Of a stretch of 26,916 nt of DNA, positions 18,267 to 25,947 are shown piece by piece. Location: NCBI GenBank assembly GCA_029246845.1, contig JAQWMJ010000049.1, positions 1 through 26,916 of the forward strand. The letters run 5' to 3'. A model generated the notes under the pieces. The model did not search any database. It worked only from the letters and a program-made list of their open reading frames with translations, and was not told where the DNA came from. Position 1 is the first letter of the stretch. The number at the start of each line of letters is the position of its first letter. The stretch comes from Thermodesulfobacteriota bacterium. Lineage in GTDB: Bacteria; Desulfobacterota_D; UBA1144. A program made the position numbers and the translations under genes.

Positions 18267-19193
18267 ATGAAAATAGGAATAACAACGCCAATAAGAGGAT
18301 GTAGCGTTAAAGATTTAAGACAGTTAGCTAAGACAGCTGAGTCTGCAGGTTTTTATGGAATTTTTTCACCTGAAGTTCCGATTTACAGTGCAATTGGAAA
18401 TGCTCAGGTAATGGCTGAAGCTACTAAATCAATAAAAATAGGTACATGGGTTACTAATATATACATGAGAGAGCCTATAATGTGTGCCTCTGAAGCGATG
18501 ACTGTTCAAGAAATTTCGGAAGGTAGAATGATTTTAGGATTAGGTAATTCTCATAAGCCAGTTAATGATGTGTTTGATATAGATATGGGTGATCAGTATG
18601 AGTCTATGAAGCAGTATGTAATAAAGATTAAGTCTTATGCTGATGGTAGCTCTGATCATTACGAGAAAATACCAATCAAAAGAGATCTCCCAGTCTTTGA
18701 TATTCATATAACAGGTTTAACAAAAAGAACAGCAGCACTGGCAGGAGAACTTGCTGATGGCATAATGCCTTATTTAGCAAATTTAGACCATCTAAAAACT
18801 CTTTATTCTTCAGCAAAATCAAAAGCAGGGGATAAGAAATTTGAATTTACCTCTGGAATGCCGGTTTTCTTATCTGATGATGTAGACCAAGCTGTTGCAG
18901 CTGCAAGAATTGGGGTAGGGAGACAGGCCCTAAGACCATCTTATAAAAGAGTGCTAACTAACAGTGGTTTTGGAGATATTATTAAAAAGCTTGAGTCTGG
19001 TATCTCACCTGAAGAAGCAATCTCAGACAAACTGTTGAACGAGCTATGTCTTTTTGGTAAAACCTCGAACTGCAGGAAACAGCTCGAAGCACAATTCGAC
19101 AATGGCTCGACTATGCCAATATTGACCCCATTTCCAGTAGGAAATCAGTCCCCATTGCAAATGATGGATGAATTAATTAAATTATTAGATTAA
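18267..19193 (+). CDS. Luciferase-like (LLM class) flavin/F420-dependent oxidoreductase, copy 1
   Basis: AESAGF, IKIGTWVTNIY.R.P, GRMILGLG.SH, LAGELADG. Confidence 0.88.
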   Translation: MKIGITTPIRGCSVKDLRQLAKTAESAGFYGIFSPEVPIYSAIGNAQVMAEATKSIKIGTWVTNIYMREPIMCASEAMTVQEISEGRMILGLGNSHKPVNDVFDIDMGDQYESMKQYVIKIKSYADGSSDHYEKIPIKRDLPVFDIHITGLTKRTAALAGELADGIMPYLANLDHLKTLYSSAKSKAGDKKFEFTSGMPVFLSDDVDQAVAAARIGVGRQALRPSYKRVLTNSGFGDIIKKLESGISPEEAISDKLLNELCLFGKTSNCRKQLEAQFDNGSTMPILTPFPVGNQSPLQMMDELIKLLD

Positions 19194-19229
19194 AATTAGA
19201 ATCTAGGGAATTAAAAGGAGAATATTAAA

Positions 19230-20159
19230 ATGAAAGTATCAGTAACAACACCAGTCTGGGGATGTTCGGTTGAAAATCTCATTGGAATTGCAAAGTTAGC
19301 AGAGGACTCACCAGTAGAAGCACTTCTTTCACCGGAAGTTCCGCCTTATAGTGCCTTGGCAAATGCGCAGATATTCGCTGAATACACTAAAGAAACTAAA
19401 GTTGGAACCTGGATTTCTAATATATATTTAAGGCACCCTGTTATGTGCGCCGCAGAAGCTATGACTATCCAAGAGCTAACTGGCGGTAGATTATTGCTTG
19501 GTTTAGGTGTTTCACACAAACCTGTAAATTCTAGATTGGGAATTGAAATGGGAGACCCTATAGAGTCAATGAGAGATTATGTTAACTCAGTTAGGTCTTA
19601 TCTAGACGGTTCTTCTGATCAGATTAGCCTGAAAAGAAAAATAGCACCAGTGCCAATTTATATAGCTGGATTAACAGAAAAGACAGCAGAGTTGGCTGGA
19701 GAAATAGCTGATGGTCTTATGCCCTACTTGGCGAGCGCTGACCATTTAAAAAAAATGAGAAGTTGCGTAGATAAAGGAAGGTCCTCTGGAGATTTAGATT
19801 CAGATTTTACCATGACTACTGGACTACCATCCTTTATATCTGATGATTTAGATTTAGCAGTTGAAAGTGCGATTAAAGGTTTGTCGGGATATGCTAGATT
19901 ACCTTTTTACCAAAGAGTTCTTAAATTAAGCGGGTACGAGGACATAGTTAAGTCTATAGAAGATGGAATGAATCCAGCCGAGGCCTTAACGCCAGAACTT
20001 GTTAGCGACCTTGCATTGGTAGGCCCAATTGGTAAATGTAAGGAAACATTAGCTAAGTTTGCTGAGGCGGGAGCCGATATGCCGATAATAACTCCTAATC
20101 CAGTTGGAAAACAAAGCCCATTAGAGGTAATGGAAAAAATTATAGAAGTAATTGAGTAA
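19230..20159 (+). CDS. Luciferase-like (LLM class) flavin/F420-dependent oxidoreductase, copy 2
   Basis: Colinear paralog of the upstream gene; GGRLLLGLGVSH, PIYIAG, LAGEIADG; AAGGAG RBS. Confidence 0.9.
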   Translation: MKVSVTTPVWGCSVENLIGIAKLAEDSPVEALLSPEVPPYSALANAQIFAEYTKETKVGTWISNIYLRHPVMCAAEAMTIQELTGGRLLLGLGVSHKPVNSRLGIEMGDPIESMRDYVNSVRSYLDGSSDQISLKRKIAPVPIYIAGLTEKTAELAGEIADGLMPYLASADHLKKMRSCVDKGRSSGDLDSDFTMTTGLPSFISDDLDLAVESAIKGLSGYARLPFYQRVLKLSGYEDIVKSIEDGMNPAEALTPELVSDLALVGPIGKCKETLAKFAEAGADMPIITPNPVGKQSPLEVMEKIIEVIE

Positions 20160-20221
20160 GTTTAAAAATAGAACTAATAGACACTAAATTTTTTATAATT
20201 AGATGTTATCCTTAGACACTT

Positions 20222-20653
20222 ATGGCTGAATATACAACTTTAACGAAAAAAATTGAGTTTTCTTCTTCCCATCGATATTGGAGGAAGGAGTGGACTGAGT
20301 CAAAAAATTTAGAGGTTTTTGGAAAGTGTACTAGCAAGTATGGACACGGTCACAATTATGTACTTGAGACTACCGTAGAAGGTCCAGTAGATTCTGATAC
20401 AGGAATGATTATTAATATTTATAGACTCAAACCTATTTTAAAAGATACATTGAAAGAATTTGATCATAAGTTTTTAAATGAAGATACTGACTTTTTTGAC
20501 GATCAAATTCCTACAACTGAAAACTTTGCTAAGGTTTTATATGAATGCATTGCTGAAAAACTTTCTAAAGAAGAATGTAAATTACAAAAAGTAAGATTAT
20601 ATGAAACTAAAGATTTGTTTGTGGATTATTGGAAGGAAGAGAATGTTGAATAA
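20222..20653 (+). CDS. 6-pyruvoyl-tetrahydropterin synthase/QueD family, copy 1
   Basis: FSSSHR, FGKCTSKYGHGHNY, TGMII, DHKFLN, PTTEN, LYET. Confidence 0.9.
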   Translation: MAEYTTLTKKIEFSSSHRYWRKEWTESKNLEVFGKCTSKYGHGHNYVLETTVEGPVDSDTGMIINIYRLKPILKDTLKEFDHKFLNEDTDFFDDQIPTTENFAKVLYECIAEKLSKEECKLQKVRLYETKDLFVDYWKEENVE

Positions 20654-21062
20654 TTGCACTTTAACAAAGATATATTCATTTAGTGCTGCTCATAGGCTAC
20701 ATAATGATAAGTTCACAGAGAAAGAAAATAAAGAAATATTCGGAAAGTGTAATAATCCTAACGGACATGGGCACGATTATTCTTTAGAGCTCACATTGAG
20801 CGGTGAAGTTGACGAATTAACGGGAATGATAATTGATATTGTAAAATTAGACGAGATTGTTGGCGAAGTCATAGAAGAACTTGATCACAAAAGGTTGGAT
20901 ATTGAAATAGAATACTTTACTAGCATCAGGGCCTCTGGTGAAAATATTGCTAAATATTTGTGGGATAAAATTGTTGTATTAATTCCAAGACCAGCGTATC
21001 TATACCATGTAAGACTCTGGGAAACATCAGAGAATTTTTTTGATTACAAGGATGTGTCATGA
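20643..21062 (+). CDS. 6-pyruvoyl-tetrahydropterin synthase/QueD family, copy 2
   Basis: ATG 20643 after purine-rich GGAAGGAAGAGA; FSAAHRL, FGKCNNPNGHGHDY, LDHK, SGENIA, LWET. Confidence 0.9.
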   Translation: MLNNCTLTKIYSFSAAHRLHNDKFTEKENKEIFGKCNNPNGHGHDYSLELTLSGEVDELTGMIIDIVKLDEIVGEVIEELDHKRLDIEIEYFTSIRASGENIAKYLWDKIVVLIPRPAYLYHVRLWETSENFFDYKDVS

Positions 21063-21913
21063 AGAAAAATGTATTTTTAACATGGGAAGATATTTTTTCA
21101 AGAATAGAATATATCAAGAAGAAATATAAGATTGATAAAAAAACTAAGATATATGGTGTACCAAAGAATGGAATGATATTGGCTGGATTTTTTAATGCTG
21201 TTAATGTCCCAGCTCCTGGAGACGCTGATTTTATTTTAGATGACATAATTGATTCAGGAACAACAAAGAAAAAATTCAAGAAGTTATTTCCAAAGAAGAA
21301 ATTTATTACGCTTTTTGAAAAAGATGCAAAAGTTGATTGGGTTAACTTTCCATTTGAAAAACAAATTGACGAAGATCAGAATGATACCGTGGTAAGACTT
21401 CTTCAAATAATTGGCGAAGACCCTAGAAGAGAAGGATTACTCGATACACCTAGAAGATATTTGAGTGCTTTTCATGAATTTTTAAACCCACCAACTTTTA
21501 ATATGACCACATTTGATGCTGAAAAAACTGATGAAATGATTGTTCAGTTAGATATACCTTTTTATTCTTTCTGTGAGCACCACTTGCTACCCTTCTTTGG
21601 CAAGGGGTATATCGCATACATACCCGATAAAAAGATTGTTGGGCTAAGTAAATTAGCACGAACATTAGAAACCTTTTCTAGAAGACTTCAAAATCAGGAA
21701 AGAATTACAAACCAGGTAGCTGACTACCTTCAGGAGAATTTGGAAGCTAAAGGTGTAGCAGTAGTTTTAAAAGCAAGACATCTATGTATGGAAATGAGGG
21801 GTGTTAAAACCTCAGATGCAAATACTATTACAAGCAAACTCTTGGGCTATTTTAGAACAGATGAGAGAACTAGAGCAGAATTTTTAAACCTTATAGGTAA
21901 CCACCGGAACTAA
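21059..21913 (+). CDS. folE: GTP cyclohydrolase I with N-terminal phosphoribosyltransferase-like domain
   Basis: C-terminal GEDPRREGLLDTP.R, CEHHLLPF, GLSKLAR, QER, HLCMEMRG; first ~100 aa carry ILDDIIDSGTT. Confidence 0.93.
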   Translation: MKKNVFLTWEDIFSRIEYIKKKYKIDKKTKIYGVPKNGMILAGFFNAVNVPAPGDADFILDDIIDSGTTKKKFKKLFPKKKFITLFEKDAKVDWVNFPFEKQIDEDQNDTVVRLLQIIGEDPRREGLLDTPRRYLSAFHEFLNPPTFNMTTFDAEKTDEMIVQLDIPFYSFCEHHLLPFFGKGYIAYIPDKKIVGLSKLARTLETFSRRLQNQERITNQVADYLQENLEAKGVAVVLKARHLCMEMRGVKTSDANTITSKLLGYFRTDERTRAEFLNLIGNHRN

Positions 21914-21915
21914 TT

Positions 21916-22620
21916 ATGAAGAAGAAAGTTGCAGTAATTAGTGGTGGAACGAGTGGAATAGGAAAAAGAATGGTTTCAATGTTCTTAAAGAGTGGCGTAA
22001 AGGTAGTAACTTTTTCAAGAAAGAAATCGAATATTAATAAATTAAAAAGAGAATTAATAGAGTTTAAACAAGATCTGATTTGTTATCAGGGCGATGTAAG
22101 CTCTATCGAGGATATCAACAAGATATCTGGAAGTATTAAGAAGCAATTCAAAAGTGTTAATTATTTGATAAATAACTCAGGGACAAATGTATTGAACCCT
22201 ATCGGTAAAATAAAAATTAAAGATTGGCAAAGGATTATAGATGTTAATCTCACTGGAGTTTTTTATTTAACGCAAAGTCTTCTACCTTTATTAAAAAAGA
22301 AATCAGTAGTACTAAATATGGGTTCTCTAGCATCTAGAAGTGGTTTTCCTAATTGGTCCGCTTATTGTGCTTCTAAGTTTGGGCTAAAGGGTTTTACAGA
22401 AGCCCTAAGAGAAGAGGTGCGAACTAGACAAGTTAGAGTTGTCCACGCTGAAATAGGCGCTACTGATACTGGTATTTGGGATAATCTTGAAGGTACGTGG
22501 GACAGAGGTAGTATGATGAACGATTTTGAGGTTGCCCATATATTATTTGATTCTATAACTAAAGTTAAATCAGTTAATGTAGATGAAATATTTCTTATGC
22601 CACCCAATGGTGTACTTTAA
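21916..22620 (+). CDS. Classical SDR oxidoreductase, candidate sepiapterin reductase
   Basis: SGGTSGIG, INNSG, Ser + YCASK; basic SRK residues suggest NADP(H); specific function inferred from context only. Confidence 0.85.
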   Translation: MKKKVAVISGGTSGIGKRMVSMFLKSGVKVVTFSRKKSNINKLKRELIEFKQDLICYQGDVSSIEDINKISGSIKKQFKSVNYLINNSGTNVLNPIGKIKIKDWQRIIDVNLTGVFYLTQSLLPLLKKKSVVLNMGSLASRSGFPNWSAYCASKFGLKGFTEALREEVRTRQVRVVHAEIGATDTGIWDNLEGTWDRGSMMNDFEVAHILFDSITKVKSVNVDEIFLMPPNGVL

Positions 22621-22634
22621 TTTCAGGTATCCTA

Positions 22635-23705
22635 ATGGAAATGAATCAGCAAACAGATAAACTCGATAATGAATTATTAAACTTATTGCAGTCTGAATTC
22701 CCTGTATCTGAATCTCCTTTTCTAGAATTAGGTGTAAGATTATCTATTTCAGAGTCTGAGGTCATTGAGAGAATTAATAAACTTAAAGAAATTAATTATA
22801 TCAGACAGATTAGTGCAATTTTTGATACTAGAAGTATGAAATACAAGTCAACATTAGTGGCAATGTCATATGAAGATTCTAATGTTGATGGTGCGGCAGA
22901 AATAATTAATCAACATCCTGGTGTTACGCATAATTATAAAAGAAACCATTTTTATAATTTATGGTTTACCCTTGCAGTTCCACCCGATAGTAAGATTGGA
23001 CTTGAGGCTACGGTTGATATACTTAGCAGGTTATCAAATGCAAAATCAACAAGAATATTACCAACTTTAAAATTGTTCAAGATTGGAGTTAAACTAGATA
23101 TGACAGGCAAGGATTCTCTTGCATCTACAGACGAAAAATTTTATGGAGAGGAGAATATCTCAAAGGATTATGATTTAACGGCTGATGATGTAAAAATTAT
23201 AAAAGAGGTTCAAGAAGATTTCCCACTAATACCAAATCCATATTCATATTTAGCGGAAAGAGCTGGAGTTAAAACTCAAGATCTCTTAGATTGTCTTGAT
23301 AATTTGAACAAGCATGGCGTAATGAGGCGTGTAGCAGCAATCCTTCATCACAGAAAGGCTGGTTTTAAAGCCAATGCAATGGGAGTATGGAAGGTACCCA
23401 TAGATAAAATAGAAGAGATTGCCCCTGTAATGTCGAGTTTAAAGTCAGTAAGCCATTGCTATAGACGACCAACTTATCCTGATTGGCCATATTCTTTATT
23501 TACAATGATACATGGTAAGACAGCTAAGGACTGTGAGTCTATTATTAAATCTTTATCTGACATGTCAGGCATTAAGGAATATGATTCGCTTTACAGTTCT
23601 AAAGAGTATAAAAAAACTAGGTTGAAATATTTCTCAACTGAACAAGATGTATGGGAAGATATTCATATTAAGGAAGTAGACGATGTTATCAGTTCTAACA
23701 ATTAA
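22635..23705 (+). CDS. ahbAB: Siroheme decarboxylase, fused AhbA-AhbB (NirDL-like, two Lrp/AsnC-like repeats)
   Basis: LQ.EFP..P, PGVTHNYKR..YNLWFT; second repeat ANAMGVW, VSHCYRRPTYPDWPY.LFTMIHG, LYS.KEYKK. Confidence 0.88.
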   Translation: MEMNQQTDKLDNELLNLLQSEFPVSESPFLELGVRLSISESEVIERINKLKEINYIRQISAIFDTRSMKYKSTLVAMSYEDSNVDGAAEIINQHPGVTHNYKRNHFYNLWFTLAVPPDSKIGLEATVDILSRLSNAKSTRILPTLKLFKIGVKLDMTGKDSLASTDEKFYGEENISKDYDLTADDVKIIKEVQEDFPLIPNPYSYLAERAGVKTQDLLDCLDNLNKHGVMRRVAAILHHRKAGFKANAMGVWKVPIDKIEEIAPVMSSLKSVSHCYRRPTYPDWPYSLFTMIHGKTAKDCESIIKSLSDMSGIKEYDSLYSSKEYKKTRLKYFSTEQDVWEDIHIKEVDDVISSNN

Positions 23706-24978
23706 TCATAACAATTCAGATATATCATTTTTAGAAAGTTTTACTTTCAATAAAGACTCACTTCCTAATGCTCTTAGTCAATTAAAATCTATAAATGGAA
23801 TAGATGAGTGTTTTATACTGTCTACCTGTAATAGGGTTGAGATATACGTTTCAAGTAAAATTAAAAATATAGACTCACAAATAATACAGTTTATTTCGAA
23901 TTTCCATAAGGTTCCAATCTCTAAGAAGGCTCCTACAACTTATCAGTTTATGCATGGAAAAGATGCTGCTTATCATTTAATTAAGGTTGCTTCAGGGTCT
24001 GATTCAATGTTGCTTGGAGAGCCACAAATAATTAATCAAATTAGAGAGGGATATAAAATCGCAAGTTCTGTGCAAGCAATAGGAAAGTCATTACATAAGC
24101 TTATTCAAGTATCACTTTTTGCTGCCAAGAAAGTTAGGTCTGAAACATCTTTAGGGAGTAGAGTCGATTCTATAGGATCACTAGTCTCAAAACTAAGTAA
24201 GAAACTATTTGAAGATTTAAATAAAAGAAGTTTACTGGTAATTGGAACGGGAGAGATAAGTCAGATTCTAATCTCTAATCTTAAGAATGAAGGTGTTTCT
24301 GAAATTTTTATAGCAAGCAGGAATATAAAAAATGCTATAACTTTTGCTGATAAAAATAACTGTAAACCAATACCAATAGAAGAGGTTAAGGACTACCTTG
24401 CCACTACAGATATTATTTTCTCTTCAACTGGCTCAACTGACTTTATTATTAAAAAAGATGATATTCAGATAGTTCAAGAAGATAGAAAAGATTCCATTAT
24501 GTTTTTTGTTGATATTGCAGTTCCAAGAGATATGGACCCAAGGATAGGAGATATAGACTCGTGTTATCTCTATAATTTAGACGACTTAAAAGCAATAATA
24601 GATAACGATCATTCTGAGAATAATAAGAATTTAGAAGAAGCTTCGGTAATAATTCAAAACTCATTAGATACTTATGTTCATTGGGAGAATTCAGATAATG
24701 TTAAGGATATTATAACAAGAATGAGAAGGGCCGTGGAAGATATAGTAGAAAAAGAAGTTAAGAGTACTTCCTTTGATACTATGGATAAGGCTTTAATTGC
24801 TAAAAGAATTAGCAACAAGATTCTACATATGCCAACTCAAAATATAAAAGATGAGGCAAGTTTAGAGAATAGCTTGTATCTGTCAGTTCTTTCCGAGATT
24901 TTCGACTTAGATAAAGATGTAAGTGAGTCAAATATTTATAAAATAGAAAATGAAAAAACTTTTAACAATAGGAACTAG
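23683..24978 (+). CDS. hemA: Glutamyl-tRNA reductase
   Basis: LSTCNRVEIY, DSMLLGEPQI, IGTGE, DIAVPRD, LYNLDDL. Confidence 0.96.
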   Translation: MLSVLTINHNNSDISFLESFTFNKDSLPNALSQLKSINGIDECFILSTCNRVEIYVSSKIKNIDSQIIQFISNFHKVPISKKAPTTYQFMHGKDAAYHLIKVASGSDSMLLGEPQIINQIREGYKIASSVQAIGKSLHKLIQVSLFAAKKVRSETSLGSRVDSIGSLVSKLSKKLFEDLNKRSLLVIGTGEISQILISNLKNEGVSEIFIASRNIKNAITFADKNNCKPIPIEEVKDYLATTDIIFSSTGSTDFIIKKDDIQIVQEDRKDSIMFFVDIAVPRDMDPRIGDIDSCYLYNLDDLKAIIDNDHSENNKNLEEASVIIQNSLDTYVHWENSDNVKDIITRMRRAVEDIVEKEVKSTSFDTMDKALIAKRISNKILHMPTQNIKDEASLENSLYLSVLSEIFDLDKDVSESNIYKIENEKTFNNRN

Positions 24979-25837
24979 AGCAAGTAAGTTAGCTTTATGG
25001 CAGGCTAATCATGTAAAAGAATTCCTATTAAAAAATTTTCCCGCTATAGACGTAGAGTTAAGAGAAATAATCACAACTGGTGATGCAAATTCAGAAGATA
25101 CTATCGAATCGTTCGGCGGTAAAAATATTTTTGTTAAAGAAATTGAACAAGCCCTAATATCAAAGGAGATTGATATTGCTGTTCATAGCTATAAAGATTT
25201 ACCTGCTGAGTTACCAGAAGGATTAGAGGTTATATCGACTTCAAATAGAGAAGACCCTAGAGATGTCTTAGTTACTAAATCAAATAAAACGCTTATGGAT
25301 CTAAACGATAATCCTAAGATTGGAACAGGTAGTTCAAGAAGGAGCGAGCAGCTAGCGCATATTAGGAAAGATGTAAATATTATTCCGATTAGAGGTAATG
25401 TTGATACCAGAATTCGTAAAGCTTTGGAAACTGATATTGATGGAGTTGTCCTGGCAAATGCGGGAATTAAAAGACTAGGCTTAAGTAATCATGTATGTGA
25501 ACTATTCGATATCGACGTCATAGTTCCATCCCCTCTCCAGGGCTTTTTAGCTATAGAGGCTCGAGAGGATGCAGATTTAACAAAGTATTTTGAACACTTC
25601 TCCTCTGAAGAAAGTGTTTTGGTATCTAATTATGAAAGACAATTTTTAAAAGATTTAAATCTAGGCTGTCAGTATCCTGCAGGTTTCTGCATGCAAGTCC
25701 ATAATGATAATAAGTTTTCTTTTAATTATTTTTTAAAAGGCTCAAAGAAAGAAGTTAAGAACAAAGAAGTATTTAGTTATTCAGATTTATTGGCTCAGTA
25801 TTCAAAGATGGTGGATACACTCGCTCCAATCATTTGA
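24950..25837 (+). CDS. hemC: Hydroxymethylbilane synthase
   Basis: IGTRASKLALWQA, FVKEIE, AVHSYKDLP, GTGSSRR, IRGNVDTR, LGCQYP. Confidence 0.96.
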   Translation: MKKLLTIGTRASKLALWQANHVKEFLLKNFPAIDVELREIITTGDANSEDTIESFGGKNIFVKEIEQALISKEIDIAVHSYKDLPAELPEGLEVISTSNREDPRDVLVTKSNKTLMDLNDNPKIGTGSSRRSEQLAHIRKDVNIIPIRGNVDTRIRKALETDIDGVVLANAGIKRLGLSNHVCELFDIDVIVPSPLQGFLAIEAREDADLTKYFEHFSSEESVLVSNYERQFLKDLNLGCQYPAGFCMQVHNDNKFSFNYFLKGSKKEVKNKEVFSYSDLLAQYSKMVDTLAPII

Positions 25838-25866
25838 CTTAAATAAAAATTTACATATTATAAATG

Positions 25867-25943
<77 letters not shown>

Positions 25944-25947
25944 ACGA

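Noticed and set aside
18267..20159. luxA/luxB bioluminescence operon
   Set aside because: Sequences look like Mer-type LLMs (LAGExADG), lack recognisable LuxA/B features, and no luxCDE is present
20601..20653. Single two-domain PTPS broken by a frameshift
   Set aside because: Both halves are complete domains and the second has its own ATG and purine-rich leader with an ordinary 11-nt overlap; not fully excluded without reads
17363..21913. Queuosine/7-deazaguanine cluster (queE-queD-folE)
   Set aside because: The radical SAM lacks QueE features, PTPS motifs are C-x5-HGH rather than C-x3-HGH, and queC/tgt/dpdA are absent here; kept only as a minor alternative
22635..23705. Lrp/AsnC transcriptional regulator
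   Set aside because: H-x-Y-x-R motifs in both repeats and coupling to hemA fit siroheme decarboxylase better
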